DNA of 53,203 nucleotides from a virus (Duplodnaviria; Caudoviricetes): IMG/VR virus record IMGVR_UViG_3300038360_000257, positions 1 to 53,203 of that record; one strand, 5' to 3'. Shown piece by piece: positions 16,952 to 26,438 of this stretch (position 1 is its first letter; each line of letters starts with the position of its first letter). The notes under the pieces were generated by a model. It saw only the letters and a program-made list of their open reading frames with translations, ran no database searches and was not told where the DNA came from. The position numbers and the translations under genes were made by a program.

Positions 16952-19060
16952 ATGGCAGAGATACGAACAATAGGGCCGAGGTTCATATCCAACCAGAAGT
17001 TGGACGAGTATGAGGCCGAGGACGCTGAAAAGACTGCGGACGAGATTCAAGCCGATCCGTTCATCACGTCTCTTGGTGGTCACATCCGGAGCTGCTGGCA
17101 GGAAGCGCGGGATAATAAGGATGAGTACCTCACCGACCGACTCCTAAAGAGCCTCCGGCTGAGAAAGGGTGAGTACAGTCCCAGTGAGAAGGCAGCAATC
17201 GATCAGATTCAAGGGGATAGCGGTCTGTTTGATCAGCTTGTCTCTGTCAAGTGCCGTGCTGCCGAAGCCTGGTTGAATGATATTCTGCTGCCGCCGGGTG
17301 AAAAGCCGTGGGGGGTCAGCACGACGCCCAATCCTCAACTGGCACCCCCAGAAATGCAGAAGCTGATTGTGGAGCTACAGGCCGAGTACGAGCGGATGTT
17401 GTTTGCCCAGAGGCAGATAACCGACCCGAACGACCCCAACGCCGTCAAGGAAGCGGAGCGGAGGATCGAGCGGGAGCTGGCTAAGTTCAGGGACGAGCTG
17501 CTGAAGGACATAAGGGAGAAGGGCGACCAGGACACCGAAGCCCTGGAGACTGATATCAATGATGGGTTGGTAGAGGGTGGTTGGTACAAGGCGATCAAGG
17601 ACGTGATCCCGGACATCGTTACGTTCCCGACGGGGTTCGTTAAAGGGCCGGTGGTGAGGATGAAGAAGACTCTCAACTGGGGGCCTGAAGGGCAACCGGT
17701 TGTCGAAACCCTCCCGACAAGGGAGTACGACCGGGTTAGCCCGTTTGATATTTATCCATCACCTACCGCCAAAACGCTCCAGGACAGTTACCTGATCCAG
17801 AAGCACCGGTTTGAAAGAAAAGACCTGAACAACTTGATCGGGGTGGACGGTTACGATGAGTTGGCGATCCGAAAGGTGCTGATAGAGCACGGCGAGGGTG
17901 GGCTCAGGGAGTGGTTGCATGAAGACGATGAGCGTTCCGAGCTTGAGGACAGGCCGGACGATGATATCTCGTCGAGCGACAACACCATTGACTGCCTGGA
18001 GTTCTGGGGGAGCGTACAGGGCCAGAAGCTGATGGAGTGGGGCCTCGAAGAGATTGAGGACGCTGAGATTGATTACGACATAGATGCCTTCATGATCGGC
18101 AGCACGGTGATTGGCGCCAGGTTGAACCCGGACCCGTTGGGCAAGAAGCCTTATTTCTCGGCATCTTTTACGAAAGTCACTGATTCTATTTGGGGGACGG
18201 GTGTTCCTGAGATACTGGAACCGAAGTTGAAGGTGGTAAACGGTTGTTTGCAGTCCATTGTCAGAAACATGAGTATGGCGTCCGGGCCGATGGTTGGGCT
18301 TGACATGAGTCAACTTGATCCGTCGAACAATCCTGATGAGATATATCCTTTAAAGGTGTGGCAATTTGACGGATCGCCGGGGAGCTCCGGGTTTCCGATC
18401 ACGTTTTTCCAACCGGACCCCATCATCGACGTTCTTTTGAAGCTTTACGACTACTTTTACAAGCAGGCTGGGGAAGATCCCGGTATTCCGAACTATATGT
18501 ACGGCGCGGCTGACCAGGGTGGGGCGGCAAAAACCGCTTCCGGTCTCAGTATGCTGATGAACGCCTCGGCGAAAGTCCTGAAAACGGTTGCGGGGAACAT
18601 TGACGAAGGGATTATTAAGCCGTCTGTGGAAGGGTACTGGCAGCACATCATGCTGAATGAGCCGGAAAAGGCCACCGGGGACATTAAGATCGTCCCGAGA
18701 GCGTCGGAATACCTTGTAATGATGGAGCAGCTCCAGATCAGGCGACAGGAGTTCCTGCAAACGACCGCCAACCAGTTTGATTTTCAGATTATGGGGCTTG
18801 AAGGGCGGGCCGAAGTGCTGAGAGAAACCCTTAAATCCCTGAAAATAAGGCCCGATAAGGTGGTTCCAAGCGGAGATTCCTTCCGGCCGAACATAAGCGA
18901 GCAGGAACTCATGATGTACGCCCAGAACTTGTCACAAATGTTCCATGTGCCCCCCGAGCAGATCCTGGCTATTGCAAAAGGTGGGGCGCCGGGTGGTCAG
19001 GCGCATGGCGGAGCGACACCGGTTGATGTTGCGGGGACGCCGCAGGGGGGTCAGCAATGA
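16952..19060 (+). CDS. portal protein
   Basis: 702 aa after terL; VSPFDIYPSP, WGTGVPE, TASGLSMLM. Confidence 0.88.
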   Translation: MAEIRTIGPRFISNQKLDEYEAEDAEKTADEIQADPFITSLGGHIRSCWQEARDNKDEYLTDRLLKSLRLRKGEYSPSEKAAIDQIQGDSGLFDQLVSVKCRAAEAWLNDILLPPGEKPWGVSTTPNPQLAPPEMQKLIVELQAEYERMLFAQRQITDPNDPNAVKEAERRIERELAKFRDELLKDIREKGDQDTEALETDINDGLVEGGWYKAIKDVIPDIVTFPTGFVKGPVVRMKKTLNWGPEGQPVVETLPTREYDRVSPFDIYPSPTAKTLQDSYLIQKHRFERKDLNNLIGVDGYDELAIRKVLIEHGEGGLREWLHEDDERSELEDRPDDDISSSDNTIDCLEFWGSVQGQKLMEWGLEEIEDAEIDYDIDAFMIGSTVIGARLNPDPLGKKPYFSASFTKVTDSIWGTGVPEILEPKLKVVNGCLQSIVRNMSMASGPMVGLDMSQLDPSNNPDEIYPLKVWQFDGSPGSSGFPITFFQPDPIIDVLLKLYDYFYKQAGEDPGIPNYMYGAADQGGAAKTASGLSMLMNASAKVLKTVAGNIDEGIIKPSVEGYWQHIMLNEPEKATGDIKIVPRASEYLVMMEQLQIRRQEFLQTTANQFDFQIMGLEGRAEVLRETLKSLKIRPDKVVPSGDSFRPNISEQELMMYAQNLSQMFHVPPEQILAIAKGGAPGGQAHGGATPVDVAGTPQGGQQ

Positions 19061-19455
19061 AAAACATGATGCCTGAGTACGTTGATGAGCTGAAGCGCTA
19101 CGACATTGACATGCTGGAGCACAATCTTGACCGTAACGCGAAGGATTACACTGCCAGCGACCCCAAGGAAGCGTTTAGTATTGTTCGGCATCTGCTTGAC
19201 AAGACCTTGAAGCGGACCGGGGTGGACATATCTAAAGACAGCTCTGAAGAGGCTGTTGACGCGCTTCTGGAGAAAACCAACGTGCGGGTCGAACACCGGT
19301 CTAATTATCAAGAGGACGATGCCTGGCGCAATGGGATCTATGTATATAAAGGAATGGACCTGGCCGGGTTTATCTCGGAACCGCTTATTAAGAGGCCCGG
19401 TGTGTTTGAACCAGGGAAACCCCCGTATGTTGTGGTGAGGGCGGCGTTGCAATGA
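19057..19455 (+). CDS. hypothetical protein
   Basis: ATGA overlaps on both sides. Confidence 0.75.
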   Translation: MKNMMPEYVDELKRYDIDMLEHNLDRNAKDYTASDPKEAFSIVRHLLDKTLKRTGVDISKDSSEEAVDALLEKTNVRVEHRSNYQEDDAWRNGIYVYKGMDLAGFISEPLIKRPGVFEPGKPPYVVVRAALQ

Positions 19456-19727
19456 TTCGATACCCTATAGATAAAGACCGGAAGATCAGGATTTTAGAAT
19501 CGCTGGCTAACCTTGAACACAACGAAGCGTTCAAGGTTGTGATTGATTGGCTGGTAGACGAAGCGGGGAGAATCGCCAAAGATAACAATTCCCTAAAGGA
19601 AGAAACGATGCTGCGATGGAGCCAAGGTCACTTCCAGCTTTTGGACGATTTATTGGGAAAGGTTGTTACAGCCAGGACGACATTAGAGAAACTGCGGAAC
19701 CAGTCTCCGCCGAAAGGCCGCGCATAG
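19452..19727 (+). CDS. small helical head-region protein
   Basis: FKVVIDWL...LRWSQG; position after portal. Confidence 0.75.
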   Translation: MIRYPIDKDRKIRILESLANLEHNEAFKVVIDWLVDEAGRIAKDNNSLKEETMLRWSQGHFQLLDDLLGKVVTARTTLEKLRNQSPPKGRA

Positions 19728-19768
19728 GGCGCAGAGACTGACCGCTTCTATTATAAAGGAGTAATATC

Positions 19769-20701
19769 ATGGCATGGAGAGAGAACGCAGTTATTACGAA
19801 ATTGACAGTTGAAGAGCTGACGATGGGCGGAACCAGAGCCAACGGCGTATCGTTAGCGGGCACCCCTACCGGGAGTCAACTTTCTATTACCGGAACGTGG
19901 GGCACTGGGTTTAGTAACGCGGGCATATACATTTCCAGGACTATAGCTTCTCAGGCCGCTACATCTTGTATCGAGCGACGGGATATTACCGCTACGATTA
20001 CTGGCGGGAACTACCTGATGGGATCGTACAATACCTATGTAACCGGTGCGTCGTTTGGGGCTACTGGTTTCCTGATTGGTGAATACATCCGGATCGACTG
20101 TGCTCATCTGGTCCAGGATAGTTACGCCATTTGGGGCAAGTGTGCTATTTCGGGCGCACAGCCTGGTGACACTTCGAACCAGCATGTGGGTGTGTTTGGC
20201 TCTATGACGATTGACGGCGTAGCTTGTGCGCTTGCGGATACTGGTGGTTGCTACGCGGTGCTTGGAGTAGCCTCTATCGCCACAGGCGGTACCCTGGATC
20301 AGCCACTTTACGCCGGGTACTTTGATGCTGGCAGCGTTGACAATATTGCTGGAACGGTGTCTTGCGTCAGGACGATCATGCGGAACTACTGTGATCATGG
20401 ACTTGACGTTCATTGCTATACCAACAACAATGAAGCTGGGCTGCGGTTCATGCCAACCGATGCGGCCAGGTTGTCGAGTGGTATCAAGTTCTACGCTTCG
20501 GCCGTTGGTGGTCAGGGATACATTCACCACGCGATGGAGTTTGTCGCTGGTGATATGAAGGACGGGGCTTATGCAACGGCTGTGGCAATCACTGATGCCG
20601 ATGATGCAGATGGCGTTATTAAGATTGATGTCGCTGGAACTCATTACTATGTGCCGTTCTATGATGCAAGTGTGATTGACAAAGAATGGGCTGACCAATA
20701 G
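19769..20701 (+). CDS. putative head fibre or decoration protein
   Basis: AAGGAG SD; Gly/Ala/Thr beta-rich; ends GVIKIDVAGTHYYVPFY; function inferred from position. Confidence 0.65.
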   Translation: MAWRENAVITKLTVEELTMGGTRANGVSLAGTPTGSQLSITGTWGTGFSNAGIYISRTIASQAATSCIERRDITATITGGNYLMGSYNTYVTGASFGATGFLIGEYIRIDCAHLVQDSYAIWGKCAISGAQPGDTSNQHVGVFGSMTIDGVACALADTGGCYAVLGVASIATGGTLDQPLYAGYFDAGSVDNIAGTVSCVRTIMRNYCDHGLDVHCYTNNNEAGLRFMPTDAARLSSGIKFYASAVGGQGYIHHAMEFVAGDMKDGAYATAVAITDADDADGVIKIDVAGTHYYVPFYDASVIDKEWADQ

Positions 20702-20711
20702 GAGGTAGCTA

Positions 20712-20810
20712 ATGGCCACGAAGAAAACACCCAAAAAAGATGTTAAAAAGGACAAGAACGAAAAGGGACAGTTTCCTAATAAGTCTGTGGAGCCGAAGGG
20801 AATTGCTTAG
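20712..20810 (+). CDS. 32-aa Lys-rich microprotein
   Basis: GGAGGT SD; MATKKTPKKDVKKDKNEKGQFPNKSVEPKGIA; not in ORF track. Confidence 0.55.
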   Translation: MATKKTPKKDVKKDKNEKGQFPNKSVEPKGIA

Positions 20811-20818
20811 GTGACCTT

Positions 20819-21007
20819 ATGGAACTGACAAATGACGATGTACCTGCAAAGGTACAGTATCTCGGCAATGAGATCTTTGAGCTGCCCAGTGAGAAAAGGC
20901 TGATGATTAAGCGTACTGGTGGGGCCGACATTTTAAGTGCGAAAGTGTCGGTCGGTAAGACCTGGGAAGTTCGGTTGCATATCGAGATAATTGAAACTGA
21001 CGCATGA
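20819..21007 (+). CDS. hypothetical protein
   Basis: AGGTGA SD, 62 aa. Confidence 0.65.
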   Translation: MELTNDDVPAKVQYLGNEIFELPSEKRLMIKRTGGADILSAKVSVGKTWEVRLHIEIIETDA

Positions 21008-21095
21008 AAAACATCCTGAGATAGGGGAAACCCGAAAAGCCAAACCATCCCGGCTGGCCTTCTCAGGATTTACCGCCGGGAGCCGGGAGAGTGTT

Positions 21096-21401
21096 ATGAA
21101 ATTAGACGTGTTGGAGAGAATATCGGTTATCGGCTTGCTCCCTGAAAAGGGATCTTTTACAAACCTCAAACTTGTCAGAGTCGCACGAGAATCGTTGTCG
21201 TTTACGGAAGAAGAGTCAAAGCTTTTGGATTTTCAAGAAGAAGACGGAATCACCCGATGGCAGGACGGGGTTGTTGCGGAAAAAGATATCAAGCTCGGAG
21301 AAATTGTGACCGAAATTATCAAGAAGAGTCTGAAAGAGCTGGATCAAAAAGAAGAACTGCTTCCACAGCAGGTTGAACTTTATGAAAAGTTTATGATTTA
21401 A
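21096..21401 (+). CDS. hypothetical acidic helical protein (possible fibre chaperone)
   Basis: start re-called to ATG 21096 after GGGAG; MKLDVLERISVIGLLPEKGSF. Confidence 0.75.
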   Translation: MKLDVLERISVIGLLPEKGSFTNLKLVRVARESLSFTEEESKLLDFQEEDGITRWQDGVVAEKDIKLGEIVTEIIKKSLKELDQKEELLPQQVELYEKFMI

Positions 21402-21489
21402 CTACACCTGAACCCCCACTCCTTTATATAAGGAGTGGGATCAGGCCAACCAAAAACCGGAATCCCGCCACAGGCGGCTCCAAGGAGGC

Positions 21490-22413
21490 GTGATGGGAAT
21501 ACCAGCGCAAGTTTTACAGCAGGAAGAGGAAGCGGAAAAGTTGATGGGGAATCCTGACCCTGAAGAGCAGGAAGCCGAAGAATCGGAAGAGGTGACCGAT
21601 GAAGATCCTGAACAACAGGAAGAATTAGCTCCCCAGGAAGAGATTACAGCGGAAGAACAAGAGGAAGACACACAAGACCGGGCGTACTGGGAACAGCGTT
21701 TTAAGGTGATGGAAGGGAAGTTTAAGTCAGAAGTCCCCCGATTGAGTGATCAAATCCGGGATTTGACTAATCAAAATGACAAACTGACCAACCTCATTGC
21801 GACAATGACCCCGACAGAACAAAAGCCCGAGATGACAGGAGGGACGTATCTGACAGCCGAGGAGCTTGAAACGCTCGAAGAAGAGGGTTTTGATAAGTCT
21901 ACGATGGATCTCATTGGAAGCATGGCCGAAAGGGTAGCTGACAAACGACTATCTCAGTATGGCCAGAAAGTTGATGCGCTTACCAATGACGTCGAGGCGT
22001 CCTCAAAGGACAGGTTTTTTTCCGAACTTGAGGGTAAGGTTTCGGATTGGAGGGCCGTTAATGAAGATAATCGATTCATTGAATGGCTTTCCGAAGCTGA
22101 CGGATACAGTGGTAGCACGAAGCAACAGTCCCTTGATAGAGCGTATGCCAACATGGATGCTGCCAGCGTAGCGGCGATATTTAACGCCTATAAAACGCCT
22201 TCGGCGCCCCCGGTTGGCGGTCTTGAGAAGCAAGTGGCCCCTGGAAAGGGTGCCGCAGCTAAAACGCCGGTTTCGCAGAATAAGAGCTGGTCTAAAAAGG
22301 AAATAACCAAGTTCTATGCTGACCAGATTAAAGGGAAGTACAGCGAAAAGAAGGCGAATCAACTTGAAAAAGACATCTTCCTTGCTCAAAAAGAAGGGAG
22401 AATAACACCATGA
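21490..22413 (+). CDS. capsid scaffolding protein
   Basis: AAGGAGG SD; acidic N-terminus, coiled coil, ends IFLAQKEGRI; directly upstream of capsid. Confidence 0.85.
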   Translation: MMGIPAQVLQQEEEAEKLMGNPDPEEQEAEESEEVTDEDPEQQEELAPQEEITAEEQEEDTQDRAYWEQRFKVMEGKFKSEVPRLSDQIRDLTNQNDKLTNLIATMTPTEQKPEMTGGTYLTAEELETLEEEGFDKSTMDLIGSMAERVADKRLSQYGQKVDALTNDVEASSKDRFFSELEGKVSDWRAVNEDNRFIEWLSEADGYSGSTKQQSLDRAYANMDAASVAAIFNAYKTPSAPPVGGLEKQVAPGKGAAAKTPVSQNKSWSKKEITKFYADQIKGKYSEKKANQLEKDIFLAQKEGRITP

Positions 22414-22429
22414 CAGAGGAGAAAATATC

Positions 22430-23668
22430 ATGGCATATCCAGTTGCAGCGGGAGTAACCACGCATAGTGGAACTTACACCCCGGAAATATGGTCAGGCAA
22501 ATGCTTGGTCAAGTTCTACAAAAGCACTGTATTCGGCGCGATTGCTAATACAGATTATGAGGGTAAGTAACATTGCTCTCACTAAACACAGTGAATTGCT
22601 GGGACACCCCAAAGCCTGATGTTGCTACAACGTGGCCGGTAACGGCGGGCGTGACAGCTCAAAAAATACTCAGGATGAAACAACGGGCAATCAGCAGCCA
22701 AGCCTCCAGGAAACTGGTGGAAGGTTCAGAGATTAGGGAAAGTAATCTAAGTCGTAAAGATATGAAGAAATCCCCACGAGCGCTGTGCTTCCCTGAATAT
22801 AAACAGGGAATGAAGATATAATCCGGTCTGTATGGAAACATGCAGGAGCCTCAGATAAAGAACTGAGGACGTAAACAAAACGGAACTGAAATCCAAGGGG
22901 GACACTGTCCAGATCCGGACCATCCCCGACATCACGATCAATGACTATGTGATTGATCAGAACCTGACCTACGAACGTCCGACCCCTGGAATCGTTGATC
23001 TGCTCATTGACAAAGGCAAGTATTACGCCATGAGCATCAACGATGTTGAGAAACTCCAGTCGGATTTGCCGTATGTTGATAAATGGACGACTGATGCGGG
23101 CCAACAGCTTGCCATCGCCATTGACAGCGATATTCTGTCGAATGTTTATTCCAATGCTGCTGCCGCCAATCAGGGAATCACGGCTGGCGCGGACAGTGGT
23201 GACATTGACCTCGGCGCGACGGGTGCTCCCGAAGCCGTTGATAAAACCAACATCCTGGATTACATCGTGGATATGGGAACGGTTCTTGACGAACAGAGCG
23301 TTCCTGATAATGCCAGATGGGTTGTGTTTCCCCCGATTTTCTGCGGCATGATCAAAATGAGTGATCTGAAGGACGCGAGTCTGGCCGGGGATGGGACCAG
23401 TATTCTCCGTAACGGCCGGGTTGGGATGATTGATACTTTCGAGATTTACAAATCTCGTCAGATTGATACCACAGTTGATGGGGCGGATACCGTCCACAAC
23501 ATCATCGCCGGTCATCCTTCCGCAATCACCTTTGCGAGTCAGTTGACCAAAACCGAAACCCTGAAGAACCCGAATGACTTTGGGGACCTGATGAGAGGTC
23601 TTCAGGTTTATGGTTACGAAGTGATCAAACCGGAAGCATTGGTTTGGTTTTATGCCAAGAAAGCGTAA
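22430..23668 (+). CDS. major capsid protein, spliced join(22430..22564,22883..23668), 306 aa
   Basis: GAGGAG SD; exon 1 ...PEIWSGK...ANTDYEG joins in frame to exon 2 ELKSKGDTVQIRTIPD..., giving a coat-protein-like NTDYEGE..GDTV.I motif; ends MRGLQVYGYEVIKPEAL. Confidence 0.93.
22565..22882 (+). ncRNA. group I self-splicing intron without ORF (IA-like)
   Basis: 5' exon ends in U paired to IGS GCUCUC; P AAUUGCUGGGA, Q AAUCAGCAGC, R UUCAGAGAUUA, S AAGAUAUAAUCC; P3 CACAGUG/CGCUGUG, P8, P9 with GAAA loop; terminal G. Confidence 0.95.
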
Positions 23669-23680
23669 AGGAGGAATGAC

Positions 23681-24124
23681 ATGGGAACCTATGATTATGC
23701 GATAGGGAATACTACGCCAAAGTGGGATGACCACGGAGGGTTGATCAGGATTCAGCAGGTTATGAACTCTGCGGCCATCATCGCGTCAAATGCGACGCTT
23801 ACTGCTGCGGCACAGATTACCGCAAATGACATCATCCAATGTATCAACGTGCCTGCGGGCTTTGTTATTCTGAGCGTTGGCATAAATGTTACCACGGCGG
23901 GGACTGCTGGCAGCACCATTGACATTGGCCTTGCGGGTGGCAGCGAGGTTGTTGCTGCCAAGGATGTTGTGACAACCGGTTATTCCGTTATTGAGAAGGA
24001 CGCAACCTGGGGTTGGGACAACACCTCAAAGTTGTTTACTGCGGCTGATACCATTGATGTGCAGTACCTTCAGACTGAAACGGTCGGCCAGTTCACTCTT
24101 ACGGTGGTTGGTTATCAACTGTAA
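23681..24124 (+). CDS. capsid decoration or minor capsid protein
   Basis: GGAGG SD, follows capsid; NDIIQCINVPAG..., AADTIDV. Confidence 0.75.
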   Translation: MGTYDYAIGNTTPKWDDHGGLIRIQQVMNSAAIIASNATLTAAAQITANDIIQCINVPAGFVILSVGINVTTAGTAGSTIDIGLAGGSEVVAAKDVVTTGYSVIEKDATWGWDNTSKLFTAADTIDVQYLQTETVGQFTLTVVGYQL

Positions 24125-24137
24125 ACCTTTTAAACTG

Positions 24138-24166
24138 AGTCGGGGAGACGTATTTCCCCGGCTTTC
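24138..24166 (+). terminator. hairpin, probable weak terminator after head genes
   Basis: AGTCGGGGAGA/TTTCCCCGGCT stem with short T run. Confidence 0.45.
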
Positions 24167-24177
24167 CGGGAAATAAA

Positions 24178-24489
24178 ATGCAAAAAGGGATCGTTCTTCA
24201 TAAGGGTCAAAGGTATCTTCAGAGAGCAAGAGACGGGTACGTTTATGTGTATTCTGAGGCATTGGCGAGGCAGAAGCAGATGGTTGAGATTTTTCCATTC
24301 AAGGAAGATCCGCCAATAGAACTTGTTGAGCTTGAACGTGAAAACGATGGCCTTGAAGAGAAACTCGACCTTATGACGAAACGTCAAATCAATACTTATG
24401 CAAGGCTTGAGAAATCTGATAAAGAACTTCGGCTTACAGGGAAGCCCGACATGGTGGCCCAAGCCCTTGATAAGCTGACCTGGAGGTAA
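24178..24489 (+). CDS. hypothetical protein
   Basis: 103-aa ORF filling the gap in the operon. Confidence 0.7.
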   Translation: MQKGIVLHKGQRYLQRARDGYVYVYSEALARQKQMVEIFPFKEDPPIELVELERENDGLEEKLDLMTKRQINTYARLEKSDKELRLTGKPDMVAQALDKLTWR

Positions 24490-24491
24490 TT

Positions 24492-25181
24492 ATGCCAACG
24501 ATATTGGGTTCAGCGGTCTTAGACCGTGCCGGTATTATTTTACAGGATACAACGAACATCCGGTGGCCGACTGCCGAACTTCTTGGTTGGCTTAATGACG
24601 GACAACGCGAAATTGTTTTGCGAAAACCTGACGCTTATACGAAATCAGAAGCTATCGCCCTTACCGCATCCGAAACAAAGCAGTCTATCCCGGCAGCAGG
24701 CATCCAACTAATTGATGTTGTCAGGAACATGGGAACAACTGGGACTACCCCTGGTAGAGCGGTAACTAGAACTGAGAGATACATCCTTGACAGCCAAAGG
24801 CCAGATTGGAATACGGAAACAGGGTCGGCAACGGTCAAGCATTACATGTTCGATGAGCGAAACCCGAAGTATTTTTATGTGTACCCACCACAAGCGGCAA
24901 CGCCAGGATATGTAGAGGCCGTGTATTCATCTGCCCCGGCAGAGCTTGCGACTGCTGCCGCTACGCTTACCCTGGATGACGTTTATTCTTCTGCCCTCTT
25001 GGACTATGTCCTGTACCGGGCTTATAGCAAGGACTCTGATATCGCTCCAAACGCACCACAAAGAGCGGTCGGTCATTACGAGGCTTTCTTGAAGTCGCTT
25101 GGAGCTCAAGAGGCGGCTGAATCTATGTATGATCCTAATATGCCAAAACCGAGCGAGGCACCTGGCGTTCATAGGGGTTAA
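24492..25181 (+). CDS. DUF6682-like head-tail adaptor protein
   Basis: LQD..NIRWPTAELLGWLNDGQREI..KPDA, FYVYPP, LLDYVLYRAYSKD. Confidence 0.8.
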   Translation: MPTILGSAVLDRAGIILQDTTNIRWPTAELLGWLNDGQREIVLRKPDAYTKSEAIALTASETKQSIPAAGIQLIDVVRNMGTTGTTPGRAVTRTERYILDSQRPDWNTETGSATVKHYMFDERNPKYFYVYPPQAATPGYVEAVYSSAPAELATAAATLTLDDVYSSALLDYVLYRAYSKDSDIAPNAPQRAVGHYEAFLKSLGAQEAAESMYDPNMPKPSEAPGVHRG

Positions 25182-25184
25182 GTC

Positions 25185-25892
25185 ATGAATGTTTCAATAG
25201 ACAGGTTTGTCGATAATGTGAGAGCGGATGTTCCGGGCTGTCCTGATCCGGCCATCGAAAACGCTGTCAGGGACGCTATCGTAGAGTTTTGCCACAAGAC
25301 GTGGATACTTCAGCGGGAATTTGTTTACAATTCAACCGTTATAGACGCTTACGATGAACTTTCGGACGCTCCGTACCTTGAATTTGATGGGGTTCGTCCG
25401 ATCGTTCCGGATGTTGCAATGCGCCCGGTTGTTGTCCTCGGTGTGTTTGTAACCAAAGCTGAAGATGAAGACTACGTTCCGTTGACACTTATGGATAAGC
25501 GGCATACGGCCAACAGGCCGTATGCTTATTGGGAATCCCAGACCACCACAGGTTTGCCCACTAATTATTTCGCGGTAGCGACCGATGCTATCAGGGTGTA
25601 CCCGGTCCCTTCCATTGATTATTATCTCATTCTAAGGGCCGCATTTAAGCCAAAACCGTTAGCGACGGAGTTTGATGAAAACCTTTACGACGATTGGCTT
25701 GAGGAAATATCGAGCGGCACTAAGGGTAGGTTGTTTGAAATGCCGAGCAAACCGTGGACGGATTACACCGTGGCAGCTTATGAAAAAATTAAGTTCAAGA
25801 CTGGGATTGGAAGGGCGAGAATAATGGTTAATAACGCGTTTGGTAATCCGGGTTTATCGGCAATAACAAGAAGTTTTACTTTATCGAGGTGA
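25185..25892 (+). CDS. second adaptor or tail tubular protein
   Basis: VPGCPDP..AVRDAIVEFC, IRVYPVP, MPSKPWTD. Confidence 0.75.
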   Translation: MNVSIDRFVDNVRADVPGCPDPAIENAVRDAIVEFCHKTWILQREFVYNSTVIDAYDELSDAPYLEFDGVRPIVPDVAMRPVVVLGVFVTKAEDEDYVPLTLMDKRHTANRPYAYWESQTTTGLPTNYFAVATDAIRVYPVPSIDYYLILRAAFKPKPLATEFDENLYDDWLEEISSGTKGRLFEMPSKPWTDYTVAAYEKIKFKTGIGRARIMVNNAFGNPGLSAITRSFTLSR

Positions 25893-25896
25893 TGAT

Positions 25897-26433
25897 ATGA
25901 CACTTGTAGCGGGTTCTGAAATAGCTGCTGACACAATCGTTATGCGTCAATTAAAGGGGTCTCCGCTCAGTACCGCTGATTTTGATTGGGATCTTGAAAC
26001 ACTTATGGACGGAATTAATACTAACGAAACTGGTGTGACGGCGCTAGGCATTACCGTTGCTGCTATGGTCGCCATTGTTTCCGCATTAGGTGGCGCTACG
26101 TCCTACACCATGACTGCCGGACAAACTGCCTTAACGGTGGGAGTGGAATTGACAACATCGTTCCTGGAGGTGGTTTTTTTAAGTGCCACAGGCGCCGAGG
26201 AGTTACAGCACATAAACGGCTCGAATAGCGGTGACATTAAAATCTTCATAATGGTAAACGATAATGTCACGGTAGTACGGAACGATTCTTACATAAAAAC
26301 GAAAAATCCTTTGTTGAATCCGAATTTTGACATGGACACCGGGGATGTAATTGGCCTTGTTAACAATGGTGGTGTTTCTGGTACGGCCACTAATGGGACA
26401 TGGGTTGAACTGTTCAGAGGGCTTCAGGTGTAA
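25897..26433 (+). CDS. virion structural protein
   Basis: GAGGTGA SD; RQLKGSPLS..DFD fibre-anchor-like N-terminus. Confidence 0.7.
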   Translation: MTLVAGSEIAADTIVMRQLKGSPLSTADFDWDLETLMDGINTNETGVTALGITVAAMVAIVSALGGATSYTMTAGQTALTVGVELTTSFLEVVFLSATGAEELQHINGSNSGDIKIFIMVNDNVTVVRNDSYIKTKNPLLNPNFDMDTGDVIGLVNNGGVSGTATNGTWVELFRGLQV

Positions 26434-26438
26434 TAATT

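Noticed and set aside
21015-21069. Hammerhead ribozyme (CUGA…GAAA)
   Set aside because: Sequence is CUGAGAUA rather than CUGANGA, and the CUGA is paired in the closing stem
22573-22821. 82-aa ORF inside the intron as a homing endonuclease
   Set aside because: It runs through the ribozyme core, has a TTG start without SD and shows no LAGLIDADG, GIY-YIG or HNH motif
22949-23668. 239-aa ORF as the complete capsid gene
   Set aside because: No SD at the GTG; the frame extends upstream to the 3' splice site and the N-terminus is in exon 1
19853-23734. Long minus-strand ORFs (19853-20755, 22733-23734; likewise 2946-3722, 4725-5429)
   Set aside because: Antisense shadows of well-supported plus-strand genes with no recognisable motifs
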